From: an uncultured Paludibacteraceae bacterium
GTDB lineage: Bacteria; Bacteroidota; Bacteroidia; Bacteroidales; Paludibacteraceae
Direction: 5' to 3'
Length of the DNA: 40,511 nt
Assembly (NCBI GenBank): GCA_964449415.1
Contig: CAYUYS010000001.1
Span: 1-40,511, forward strand
Under the pieces are notes generated by a model. That model searched no databases. It had not been told where the DNA came from and saw nothing but the letters and a program-made list of their open reading frames with translations. Position 1 is the stretch's first letter. Each line of letters starts with the position of its first letter. Below, piece by piece: positions 28,801-37,583 of this stretch. The position numbers and the translations under genes were made by a program.

Positions 28801-31800
28801 GTTATCTGTATTTCAATCTGGGAGATATCAGCGAAGACATATTGAAAGACGGAAAGAAGTCGTTTGAGCACGGATTGCCCACCGACGGCTCCACCGACGG
28901 CACAACATCGACCGCTTGGGGACGCGTTCCGAGCACCCAATCGTCCGTGACGGCATTCAGCACCGAAACAGGCGCCAGAGCCGCCCAAGACGTCGGTCTG
29001 GATGGCTTGAGCACCGAAGATGAATTTCTGTTTATGGACTCGAACGGCAACATGCCATACCAAAACTATGTGGATGCCGTCAGTGCCAAAATAGATGCCG
29101 CCACACGCGCCAGATGGTTGGAAGATCCGTTTTCGCCCCTCAACGACCCGGCCGGCGACAACTATCATTTTTACCGCGGCACCGACTATGACAACGAAGA
29201 AAAAAGCATTACCGAACGCTACAAATACTACAACAATACGGAAGGGAACTCACCGGAATCGGACAGCGATGAAAGCTACAGTACGGCAGCTACCTTGACA
29301 CCCGATATTGAAGACATTAACAGCGACAACACCCTGAACGAATACGAAAAATATTACCAGTACAGAATCCGGATTGCGCCTGATGCCATGGTAGTTGGCT
29401 CCAACTACATAACCAATAAAATAACGTCGAGTGTGCAGCTTGAAAACGGAAATACCGTTGACGTAGACTGGTATCAGTTCAAAATCCCTCTCAGCGAATA
29501 CGACGACCGTGTGGGCAGCATCCGCAACTTCAAGAGCGTGCGTTTCTTCCGGCTGTTCCTGACCGGCTTTACGGAAGAGACACATTTGCGCTTTGCCACG
29601 CTCGACCTTGTGCGCGGCGAATGGCGCAGCTATACAAAAACACTGTACGACACCGACAATCCGCCCATTTCGGAAGGTTCGTTGGATGTGCAAACCGTTA
29701 ACATTGAAGAAGATTCGCGCAAAGAACCGGTAAATTACCTCTTGCCTCCGGGAATCACCCGCCAGACAGACCCGGGACAAGTGCAACTGATCGAACAAAA
29801 CGAACAAGCCCTGGCACTGTGCGTTACCAATCTTGCTCCCGGCGATGCACGTGCCGTATACAAAAGCACTTCGTACGACATGCGTTACTACAAACGCCTG
29901 CAAATGTTCGTCCATGCAGAAGAAATGCTCGATGACCCCAACGGTCTGGACGATTATCAGCTGACTTGTTTCATCCGATTGGGTTCCGACATGGTGAACA
30001 ACTATTATGAATATGAAATTCCGCTGGTATTGACGCCCGCCGGCCTGTATTCGGACACCGACGCAAACCGTCTCATCGTATGGCCGGAAAACAACATGTT
30101 CGATTTTTCATTGGACGTACTGACCGATGCCAAACAGAAACGGAACGCAGCCAAACGAAGCGGAACGCCAAACGTAGCCAACAATATTGCCTATTCCGTT
30201 TACGACGAAGACAAACCGCTCAACAAAATCACCGTCATGGGAAATCCGACATTGGGAGAGGTGGAGAATATCATGATTGGTATCCGGAATACGAGCAGCG
30301 AGATCAAGTCCGGCGAAATCTGGGTGAATGAACTGCGCATGAGCGAATACGACGAAGAAGGCGGTTGGGCAGCCATGGCAAACGCCGCATTGAGCCTTTC
30401 GGACATCGGACAATTCAACATAGCCGGAAGAATAGAAACAGCCGGTTACGGAAGCATTGAAAGCAACGTACAAGACCGTAACATGGAAGACTTGTACCAA
30501 CTCAGCATGTCAGGCGCATTGGAAGCCGGCCGACTGTTTCCCGAAAAAGCAAAACTGCAGATTCCGCTCTATTTTTCCTATACAAACGAAACACAGTCAC
30601 CCAAATACGACCCGCTGGACACAGACGTAGAATTGCAAGACGTTCTGGACCTGTATGACACCAAACAGGAAAGAGATTCCATATTAAGCATGTCACGCAC
30701 CGTGTCCACCAGCCGCAACTTCACGGTTTCGAATGCCAAAGTCAATATCAAAAGCAAAAACCCGCAGTTCTACGACCCGGCCAACTTCACGTTCACTTAC
30801 GCACATTCCGAACAAAACGAACACACGCCGGAAATAGAAAAAGACTTGGTGAAAACCCAACGGGGAGCCATCAGTTACGCACATACCTTCTCCGCAAAAC
30901 CATGGGAACCTTTCAAAGACAGCAAAACACTGGACAAACCGGCATTCAAGATCATAAAAGATTTCAATATCTATTACTTGCCACAAAGTTGGGCGTTCAA
31001 TACGGAAATGACACGCACCTTCACACAGACCGTATTGCGCGACCTGACAGGAACCGGCACCACGGACGACGACCTGATATTTGCCAAGGATTTCATGTGG
31101 AACCGTGACTTCAGCATTGTATACGATCTGACCAAATCCATCAAGCTAAGCCTGCAAACAGCCATGAATTCCAACATAGAAGAGTCCTATTACACACCCG
31201 AAATCGGACAAGAATATTACGAAGCATGGCGCGATACCGTGTTGGCAAGCATAGCCAAGTTAGGAACGCCATACGCATACCAACAGGTATTCTCGGCCTC
31301 GTGGGCGCTGCCTATCAACAAGTTGCCGGCATTAGACTGGATTACGGCCAACGCAACCTACAACTCCAATTACACCTGGAACCAGACGGCCGAGCTGGAT
31401 GGCGTAAACATTGGCAATGTCATCTCAAGCATGGGCGCATGGCAAGTAGACGGCGCACTCAATTTTGAAAGCCTGTACAACAAATCCAAATACCTGAAAT
31501 TTGTCAACCAACGCTATTCCGGCAAGTCTACGCAAACCAGACGCTTCACCCCAAAAACATTCACACAGACCATAACGGCAGCCGCCGGCGAACCAACCGT
31601 GATAAACCACCGGCTGAATGCCGAAAAAATAAACGTTACCGCCGTAGATAAAGACGGACGCAACGTGAAAATAAGGTACAAGACAACAGACAACAATGCC
31701 ATACGGCTTAAATCGGCGGCAAGCATGGACAGCGTGCGGCTGACCATAGTAAGCCAAGACCCAAACCAACGAACCATACCACAGCAGATAGGCGACCTGA

Positions 31801-33224
31801 CCAGCTATTTCCTGATGATGATACGCAAAGTATCCGTCACCTATCGGGAAACAAACAGCCTGACCATAAACGGATTCTATTACGAACCGACATTCATGGG
31901 GCAGAAACGGGAAAGCGGCCTGTATGCACCCGGCTACGCCTTCGCGTTCGGATTCATCGAAAACGACTTTATGGACAAAGCACGCAGCAAAGGCTGGCTG
32001 TACATAAATGACAGCATTTCCAACCCATCCACAGCAGCCTACACATCCGACTTTGACATAAAGGTAACGGCAGAACCCATACCCGGTCTGAAAATAAATC
32101 TGGCCGGCAAACGGTATGTAGCCAACAGCTCCAGCATCCAGATGCTGGAAGATGGCAAAACGGAAACCTTTACCGGAAGCTACAATATCACGCAAATTGC
32201 CTTGGGAACGGCTTTCAAACGCTTGGGAACTGCATCCGCCAATTATGCCTCCGAAACATACGACCTCTTCCTGAGCTATCGGGATATCATAGCCGGACGT
32301 CTGCAAACCATGTACAACAACACACGGTATCCGAACAGTGGATTCATTCAGGAAACAAACCAACAGCTTGCCGGACAGGAATACGATGCAAGCCTGGGAA
32401 CCGTCTCCACAACTTCGGCCGATGTGCTCATTCCGGCATTTATAGCCGCATACACCGGAAAAGACATCAACAAAATAAGCGTAAGCCCATTTATGAGCCT
32501 GTGGCAAATACTGCCTAACTGGACTTTGTCTTACGACGGCTTGGGAAAACTTCCGTGGCTGAGGGACAATTTCAAGTCAGTCAGTCTTACGCACGGGTAT
32601 ACATGTAAATACACCATCGGAAGCTACACGTCATACTCCAGCTGGGTTGCGGCAGAAGGTAACTCGGACGGTCTGGGATTCGTACAAGATGTACAAACCG
32701 ACAACCCGATTCCATCTTCCGCATACGACATATCCAGTGTTTCGCTGACAGAACAGTTCAGCCCGCTGATAGGCATAAGTGTGGCTATGAAAAACAGCAT
32801 GACTGCCAAAGTGGAGTATCGCAAACAACGCAACCTGACACTGAATGTATCAAGCACACAACTGATAGAAAGCCGGACCGACGAATTTGTGATTGGCGGC
32901 GGCTACACCATCAAAGACTTCGATGTCATACTCAAGTTGAACTCAAACAAACAGCAACGCGTCAGCAACGACCTCAATCTGACGGTGGATTTGTCGTATA
33001 AAGACATAAAATCGTTGTTGCGCAAAATAGAGGAAGGACTGACACAAGCATCAAGCGGCAACAAGGTCTTTGCCATCAACGCGACAGCCGAGTACGTGTT
33101 CAGCTCCAGAGTCAACATCAAACTGTATTTCGAACACGAGGGCACAACACCGCTGATTTCAACATCCTACCCGGTGACAAGCACCGACTTCGGAGTCAGC
33201 TTCAAATTTATGCTGACACAATAG
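25806..33224 (+). CDS. sprA: Type IX secretion system outer-membrane translocon SprA/Sov
   Basis: 2472-aa single ORF with an N-terminal signal-like segment. Composition is beta-rich (N/T/S/Y/D). Size and the N-terminal region (LDLAYPFDLRNPENITTEVEYDPATGYY) are characteristic of SprA family proteins, which run about 2400-2500 aa. Confidence 0.88.
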   Translation: MQRKAESGFLLKKYLYILSGCFCYIFTNGTELRAQEIETSEYEAVADAPPTRVRQLRQDTYEDLDLAYPFDLRNPENITTEVEYDPATGYYIIHTRIGDTDIATPFMMTESEYREYAARKAIQDYWKEKNNTGERNNEEKFSITDMKFDIGEADKIFGPGGVRLKTQGSAELQFGFNHSYINNPSLTEKSRTNNVFDFDEKLQLSVNGKVGEKVTFNMNYNTEASFDFDQQAVKLTYQGQEDDIIQSIEAGNVSMTLNSSLITGSQALFGIKTDLQFGKMKVQAIVTQQNSESQTVSSKGGTQTIEYEITADSYDENRHFFLGHYFRDTYESAMSKLPHVISGITIQRIEVWVTNKRGDYDNARNIVGFMDLGESTHLDNNYWIPDASSTLPRNKANSLYNEVINLANIRDIQQTNSVLAAQYAGNDINGGEDYEKIESARLLSSSEYTLNTSLGILSLNTALNTDEVLAVAYEYTYAGQTYQVGEFSTDGIEAPNTLVTKLLKSTTQDPALASWDLMMKNVYSLGASQMQSDDFELYIMYRNDSVGTDLQYISEGDIQNKTLLKVMNLDRLDSKQNTNPDGNFDYIEGYTALSSTGRIFFPVLEPFGSHLRQAINNDVIADKYVYQELYDSTLVVAQEYSEKNKFVITGQYKGSAANVISLNAMNVPRGSVTVTAGGATLTENIDYTVDYLMGTVKILNQSILDSNTDVSVTLENQSLYSIQRKSLFGTHVDYEFNEDLVVGGTIMHLSERPLTTKVNTGSEPLANTIWGLNASWKTESQWLTNLIDKLPFTTATAPSTFSVNAEFAQLIPGHTNEVTEAGLAYIDDFESAETNIDLHYFNYWKLSSTPSMFAESSLSNNVDYGKNRALLSWYTIDQILNVPQTGTPSHLASDKDALSDHRVRVVKVKEVYPEKQTLSTEVSRLNILNLSYYPTERGPYNLDSDGMNTDGTLSNPADRWGGIMRKLDVTDFETSNIEYIEFWLMDPALTNPSSTYQGGYLYFNLGDISEDILKDGKKSFEHGLPTDGSTDGTTSTAWGRVPSTQSSVTAFSTETGARAAQDVGLDGLSTEDEFLFMDSNGNMPYQNYVDAVSAKIDAATRARWLEDPFSPLNDPAGDNYHFYRGTDYDNEEKSITERYKYYNNTEGNSPESDSDESYSTAATLTPDIEDINSDNTLNEYEKYYQYRIRIAPDAMVVGSNYITNKITSSVQLENGNTVDVDWYQFKIPLSEYDDRVGSIRNFKSVRFFRLFLTGFTEETHLRFATLDLVRGEWRSYTKTLYDTDNPPISEGSLDVQTVNIEEDSRKEPVNYLLPPGITRQTDPGQVQLIEQNEQALALCVTNLAPGDARAVYKSTSYDMRYYKRLQMFVHAEEMLDDPNGLDDYQLTCFIRLGSDMVNNYYEYEIPLVLTPAGLYSDTDANRLIVWPENNMFDFSLDVLTDAKQKRNAAKRSGTPNVANNIAYSVYDEDKPLNKITVMGNPTLGEVENIMIGIRNTSSEIKSGEIWVNELRMSEYDEEGGWAAMANAALSLSDIGQFNIAGRIETAGYGSIESNVQDRNMEDLYQLSMSGALEAGRLFPEKAKLQIPLYFSYTNETQSPKYDPLDTDVELQDVLDLYDTKQERDSILSMSRTVSTSRNFTVSNAKVNIKSKNPQFYDPANFTFTYAHSEQNEHTPEIEKDLVKTQRGAISYAHTFSAKPWEPFKDSKTLDKPAFKIIKDFNIYYLPQSWAFNTEMTRTFTQTVLRDLTGTGTTDDDLIFAKDFMWNRDFSIVYDLTKSIKLSLQTAMNSNIEESYYTPEIGQEYYEAWRDTVLASIAKLGTPYAYQQVFSASWALPINKLPALDWITANATYNSNYTWNQTAELDGVNIGNVISSMGAWQVDGALNFESLYNKSKYLKFVNQRYSGKSTQTRRFTPKTFTQTITAAAGEPTVINHRLNAEKINVTAVDKDGRNVKIRYKTTDNNAIRLKSAASMDSVRLTIVSQDPNQRTIPQQIGDLTSYFLMMIRKVSVTYRETNSLTINGFYYEPTFMGQKRESGLYAPGYAFAFGFIENDFMDKARSKGWLYINDSISNPSTAAYTSDFDIKVTAEPIPGLKINLAGKRYVANSSSIQMLEDGKTETFTGSYNITQIALGTAFKRLGTASANYASETYDLFLSYRDIIAGRLQTMYNNTRYPNSGFIQETNQQLAGQEYDASLGTVSTTSADVLIPAFIAAYTGKDINKISVSPFMSLWQILPNWTLSYDGLGKLPWLRDNFKSVSLTHGYTCKYTIGSYTSYSSWVAAEGNSDGLGFVQDVQTDNPIPSSAYDISSVSLTEQFSPLIGISVAMKNSMTAKVEYRKQRNLTLNVSSTQLIESRTDEFVIGGGYTIKDFDVILKLNSNKQQRVSNDLNLTVDLSYKDIKSLLRKIEEGLTQASSGNKVFAINATAEYVFSSRVNIKLYFEHEGTTPLISTSYPVTSTDFGVSFKFMLTQ

Positions 33225-33282
33225 GAGCAACAATGCACCGCAAGCAATGGGAATCCGTTCATAAACTATTCAATAATAAGGT

Positions 33283-35202
33283 ATGAAAAAACTGCTACTA
33301 CTTTCCGCACTGTGCTGCACCATGGTGCTGGACGCGCAAATCTACGAACCCATCACCTGGCAATTCAGCCACAAGACGATTTCCGATACAAAAGGAGAGA
33401 TTCTGATCAAAGCCATAATAGATGACGGCTGGCACTTGTACAGCATGGATTTGCCGGAAGGCGGCCCCAAACCCACCAACATCGTTTTTGACAAGGTGGA
33501 AAACGCCACGCTGACCGGCAGCATATTCTCGAACTCCCCCATCGTTGAAGAGTACGATGCCAACTTTGACATGAACCTGCGCTGGTACAACAACGAAGTT
33601 ACCTTCGTTCAGCCTATAAGCTATGCGGATGCCAATGCCGTATATATCAGCGGCTACGTGGAATACATGGTCTGCAACGACAAGACTTGTCTGCCGCCGA
33701 CCGAAGAAACATTCCGCATCGGCAAAAGCACCGATGCAACAAAAAGCGCCGCAGAAACGGCATTTGACGTTCTGCCTTTCGACTCCGGCTTCCAAGCCGA
33801 TTACTGGAAACCGGTCGTACAAGAACTGCAAAGCTACGGAGCCGGCACGGACACTGCCGATTACGCGTTCTGGTGGATATTCCTGACGGGTTTTGTGAGC
33901 GGACTGCTGGCCTTGCTAACGCCGTGTGTATGGCCCATTATTCCCATGACAGTAAGTTTCTTTTTGAAACGCGCAGACAACAAGGCGCGCGGCAAACGCG
34001 ATGCCATACTCTATGGCGTATCCATTGTCGTCATTTATTTGGTGCTGGGCATCCTGATTACGGTTATTTTCGGTGCCAGTGCGCTGAACAGCCTGTCAAC
34101 CAATGCCTTCTTCAACCTGTTTTTCTTTGCCTTGCTGGTGGTTTTCGCCATCTCGTTCTTTGGCGCATTTGACATAACTCTGCCCTCAAAATGGTCTACC
34201 GCCATCGACAGCAAAGCGGAAAAAACATCCGGCTTGCTGAGCATATTCCTCATGGCATTCACATTGGTGTTGGTATCTTTTTCGTGTACCGGCCCCATCA
34301 TTGGTTTTCTGCTGGTGGAAATAGCCGCACAAAGTCTGCTTGCACCGGCCATAGGCATGCTGGGCTTTGCCATGGCACTGGCCATCCCCTTCAGCCTGTT
34401 TGCTTTCTTCCCAACTTTGCTGAAATCCTTGCCCAAATCGGGAGGCTGGCTGAATGTCGTGAAAGTGGTTCTGGCCTTCATCGAACTGGCCTTTGCACTG
34501 AAATTCCTTTCGGTGGCCGACCTGGCATACGGCTGGCACATACTCGACCGCGAAGTGTTCCTTTCCCTCTGGATTATCCTGTTCTTCCTGCTGGGCCTCT
34601 ACCTGTTGGGAAAGCTCCGTTTCAAACACGATTCCGAAACATCGCATGTTTCCGTGCCGCGCTTGTTCCTGGCCATTCTCTCGCTGGCGTTTTCCATCTA
34701 TATGCTGCCCGGCCTGTTTGGTGCGCCGCTGAAAGCCATCAGTGCCTTCACGCCCCCCTTGTACACACAGGAATTCAACCTGTACGACAACGAAGTAAAG
34801 GCCCTGTTCACCGACTACGATGAAGGCATGGACTATGCCGCCCGCAACGGCAAAAATGTGATTGTCGATTTCTCCGGATACGGATGCGTCAACTGCCGCA
34901 AGATGGAAGCGACCGTGTGGACCGACCCGACCGTAAAAAACATACTCGAAAAAGACTTCGTGCTGATTACACTGTACGTGGACGACAAAACGCCGCTGAA
35001 AGAACCCTTTGCCGTGACTGAAAACGGGAAAACACGCATGCTGAAAACCATAGGCGACAAATGGAGCTACCTGCAACGCAGCAAATTCGGCGCAAATGCC
35101 CAGCCTTTCTACGTCATGCTCGACAGCGCAGGAGAACCACTGGCCGGCAGCTATACGTTCGACGAGAATCCGGCCAACTTCGTCCAATGGTTGCGGCAAT
35201 AA
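33283..35202 (+). CDS. DsbD-like thiol:disulfide interchange protein (N-terminal periplasmic domain, CcdA-type TM core, C-terminal thioredoxin-like domain)
   Basis: 639 aa with a signal peptide. The N-terminal domain carries CNDKTC. The TM core has the paired cysteines LTPCVWPIIP and SFSCTGPIIG. The C-terminal thioredoxin-like CxxC reads GYGCVNCRKME. Confidence 0.85.
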   Translation: MKKLLLLSALCCTMVLDAQIYEPITWQFSHKTISDTKGEILIKAIIDDGWHLYSMDLPEGGPKPTNIVFDKVENATLTGSIFSNSPIVEEYDANFDMNLRWYNNEVTFVQPISYADANAVYISGYVEYMVCNDKTCLPPTEETFRIGKSTDATKSAAETAFDVLPFDSGFQADYWKPVVQELQSYGAGTDTADYAFWWIFLTGFVSGLLALLTPCVWPIIPMTVSFFLKRADNKARGKRDAILYGVSIVVIYLVLGILITVIFGASALNSLSTNAFFNLFFFALLVVFAISFFGAFDITLPSKWSTAIDSKAEKTSGLLSIFLMAFTLVLVSFSCTGPIIGFLLVEIAAQSLLAPAIGMLGFAMALAIPFSLFAFFPTLLKSLPKSGGWLNVVKVVLAFIELAFALKFLSVADLAYGWHILDREVFLSLWIILFFLLGLYLLGKLRFKHDSETSHVSVPRLFLAILSLAFSIYMLPGLFGAPLKAISAFTPPLYTQEFNLYDNEVKALFTDYDEGMDYAARNGKNVIVDFSGYGCVNCRKMEATVWTDPTVKNILEKDFVLITLYVDDKTPLKEPFAVTENGKTRMLKTIGDKWSYLQRSKFGANAQPFYVMLDSAGEPLAGSYTFDENPANFVQWLRQ

Positions 35203-35258
35203 GGCCGTCACGGCAGAACGGCAAGGCGGAAAATGTTGCACAAGGCATAAGATTTTCG

Positions 35259-35266
35259 TACCTTCG
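35259..35266 (+). promoter_or_regulatory. Candidate -7 box (TACCTTCG, one mismatch) for glyQS
   Basis: TTG lies 20 nt upstream (35236-35238). The box is 52 nt before the glyQS ATG. Confidence 0.35.
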
Positions 35267-35317
35267 CGGCCGTTTTCGGATAAAAACAACTACATAACAC
35301 AAAACAAGCTTTGAACT

Positions 35318-36868
35318 ATGGCTTCACAAGAAGAGGTTTTCAAAAAACTGGTAGCACATTGCAAGGAATACGGCTTCGTATTTCCTTCAAGCGAAATTTA
35401 CGATGGTCTGGGTGCCGTTTACGATTACGGACAAAACGGCGTGGAACTGAAAAACAACATAAAGAAATACTGGTGGGATTCCATGATTCTGCTGCACGAA
35501 AACATAGTCGGCATCGATGCCGCCATATTCATGCACCCCACCACGTGGAAGGCATCCGGACACGTAGACGCATTCAACGACCCCCTTATCGACAACCGGG
35601 ACAGCAAGAAACGCTACCGCGCCGACGTGCTGATAGAAGAGCAACTGGCCAAATACGATGAGAAAATAAACAAGGAAGTAGACAAGGCCGCCAAGAAATT
35701 CGGCGACAGCTTTGACGCGGAACTGTACAAAAGCACCAACCCGCGTGTGCAGGAACACATCGCCAAACGCAATGCCCTGCACGAACGCTTTGCCAAAGCG
35801 CTCAATGAGAATGACCTGACCGAATTGAAGAACATCATTCTGGACGAGGGGATTGTCTGCCCCGTCAGCGGCACGCGAAACTGGACGGATGTCCGCCAGT
35901 TCAACCTCATGTTTTCCACCGAAATGGGCTCCACCGCCGATGGTGCCCTGAAGGTTTTCCTCCGCCCGGAAACGGCCCAAGGTATCTTTGTCAACTTCCT
36001 GAACGTACAGAAAACCGGACGCATGAAAGTTCCTTTCGGGATAGCACAAATCGGGAAGGCGTTCCGAAACGAAATCGTTGCCCGCCAGTTCATTTTCCGC
36101 ATGCGCGAGTTCGAACAGATGGAAATGCAATTCTTCGTGCGCCCCGGCGAAGAACTGCAATGGTTTGAACACTGGAAACAATTCCGCCTGAAATGGCACA
36201 AGGCACTGGGACTCGGCGATCACAAATACCGTTTCCACGACCACGACAAACTGGCACACTACGCCAATGCGGCCACCGACATTGAGTTTGAAATGCCCTT
36301 CGGTTTCAAGGAAGTGGAAGGCATACACAGCCGCACCGACTTTGACCTGGGCCAGCACGCCCGGTACAGCGGCAAGAAAATCGAATACTTCGATCCGGAG
36401 CTGAACAAAAGCTACACGCCCTATGTTATCGAAACCTCCATTGGCGTAGACCGCATGTTCCTTTCCATTATGTCGGCCGCCTACACGGAAGAAACCCTGG
36501 AAGGCGGCGAGAGCCGCGTGGTGCTGAAGCTGCCCGCCGTGCTCGCACCCGTAAAGGCCTGCATCATGCCGTTGGTAAGAAAAGACGGACTTCCGGAAAA
36601 GGCACGCGAAATAATGAACCTGCTCAAGTTCGACTTCAAGTGCGCCTACGACGAAAAGGATTCCATAGGGAAACGTTACCGCCGGCAAGATGCCATCGGC
36701 ACGCCCTTCTGCGTGACCATTGACCACGAAACACTGAACGACAATTGCGTCACCGTGCGCCACAGAGACACCATGCTGCAGGAACGTGTCGGCATAGACA
36801 AACTGCACGCCATGCTTGCCGACGAAGTGAACATGAAAAAACTGTTTAAGCAAATCGTCGGAGAATAA
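35318..36868 (+). CDS. glyQS: Glycine--tRNA ligase (homodimeric alpha2 type)
   Basis: 516 aa with class II synthetase motifs (GKAFRNEIVARQFIFRMREFEQMEMQFF, IETSIGVDR) and a C-terminal anticodon-binding domain. Confidence 0.95.
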   Translation: MASQEEVFKKLVAHCKEYGFVFPSSEIYDGLGAVYDYGQNGVELKNNIKKYWWDSMILLHENIVGIDAAIFMHPTTWKASGHVDAFNDPLIDNRDSKKRYRADVLIEEQLAKYDEKINKEVDKAAKKFGDSFDAELYKSTNPRVQEHIAKRNALHERFAKALNENDLTELKNIILDEGIVCPVSGTRNWTDVRQFNLMFSTEMGSTADGALKVFLRPETAQGIFVNFLNVQKTGRMKVPFGIAQIGKAFRNEIVARQFIFRMREFEQMEMQFFVRPGEELQWFEHWKQFRLKWHKALGLGDHKYRFHDHDKLAHYANAATDIEFEMPFGFKEVEGIHSRTDFDLGQHARYSGKKIEYFDPELNKSYTPYVIETSIGVDRMFLSIMSAAYTEETLEGGESRVVLKLPAVLAPVKACIMPLVRKDGLPEKAREIMNLLKFDFKCAYDEKDSIGKRYRRQDAIGTPFCVTIDHETLNDNCVTVRHRDTMLQERVGIDKLHAMLADEVNMKKLFKQIVGE

Positions 36869-36934
36869 CGAAGCCGGGATGTTAAAATACGTGTTTTTTG
36901 AAAGGAGATGTGTGTTTCTTTGGCTTTTTATGCG

Positions 36935-36942
36935 TACATTTG
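36935..36942 (+). promoter_or_regulatory. Candidate -7 box (TACATTTG) for the small lipoprotein gene
   Basis: Exact TAnnTTTG match 51 nt before the ATG at 36993. No well-spaced -33 element was seen. Confidence 0.35.
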
Positions 36943-36992
36943 TCGTCGCTTTGACTTATCACCAATCAACTGCTAATAAACTTGTAACTATC

Positions 36993-37433
36993 ATGAAAAG
37001 GAAAATGAAAACTTTGATTCTTGCCGGTTTTGCAGCTATGGCACTGGCGCTTTCGTCTTGTGAAAAAACCTCTACACTTGTGTACACCTACACAGTTACC
37101 AGTGAATTCTCACTGGAACTGACGACTCTCGCAGCTATCCAAGCGTATATAAACTCGGTGGTAAGCTTGGAGTATCCGTTTACCATCACCGCCTCGTCGG
37201 AAAGCGAAGCCGATTCGTACGCATCTGAATCATTCTACGACAACTATGTGGATGCCATTGACGATACGGAAATGAATACCTTGTTGGCCAACGATGCAAA
37301 CGATAATGCCTATTACACCGTGATGCTTATGGCCGTTTCGAACGGACGTTCGCAAGACATAGGCTCAAAAACCTGGCCCATAGAACACAAAAAGGTTGTC
37401 GTTATCCGCTCCGGAGATGCAAAAGCCCCGTAA
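36993..37433 (+). CDS. Small hypothetical lipoprotein
   Basis: 146 aa from MKRKMKTLILAGFAAMALALSSCEK, with a lipobox LSSC. I recognise no family motif. Codon choice looks more A/T-ending than in the neighbouring genes. Confidence 0.6.
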   Translation: MKRKMKTLILAGFAAMALALSSCEKTSTLVYTYTVTSEFSLELTTLAAIQAYINSVVSLEYPFTITASSESEADSYASESFYDNYVDAIDDTEMNTLLANDANDNAYYTVMLMAVSNGRSQDIGSKTWPIEHKKVVVIRSGDAKAP

Positions 37434-37464
37434 GTGGCGACTGCCCAATTTGAGATACCGAATG

Positions 37465-37502
37465 GCCTGCCGAAGCACAACCTTCGAGCAGGCTGTTTTT
37501 TT
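37465..37502 (+). terminator. Rho-independent terminator after the lipoprotein gene
   Basis: GCCTGCCGAAG-cacaac-CTTCGAGCAGGC forms 11 bp with one bulged A. It is followed by TG and a run of 7 T. Confidence 0.85.
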
Positions 37503-37568
37503 CATGCGTTTTGGCGGAAAAAGGGAAATAGGGATAGTGGCAAACCTTGAAGATACGGAGAAAATACG

Positions 37569-37576
37569 TACCTTTG
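37569..37576 (+). promoter_or_regulatory. Candidate -7 box (TACCTTTG) only 7 nt upstream of the MBL gene ATG
   Basis: Exact TAnnTTTG match with TTG 19 nt upstream (37547-37549). It lies immediately downstream of the terminator. Confidence 0.4.
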
Positions 37577-37583
37577 CCCGCCG

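Noticed and set aside
35203-35317. T-box or other leader upstream of glyQS.
   Set aside because: The 115-nt spacer leaves a predicted leader of about 50 nt with no specifier or antiterminator-like structure. As far as I know, T-boxes are not expected in Bacteroidota.
35387-36853. 488-aa ORF antisense to glyQS. Similar long shadow ORFs occur elsewhere, for example 17877-19073 (-), 11421-12410 (-), 34186-35289 (-), 31425-32507 (-), 4215-5315 (+) and 57-761 (+).
   Set aside because: Each lies fully inside a strongly supported gene on the opposite strand. Their products are low-complexity, rich in H/V/F/G/R, and carry no family motifs. C/G-ending sense codons deplete stop codons on the antisense strand, which explains their length.
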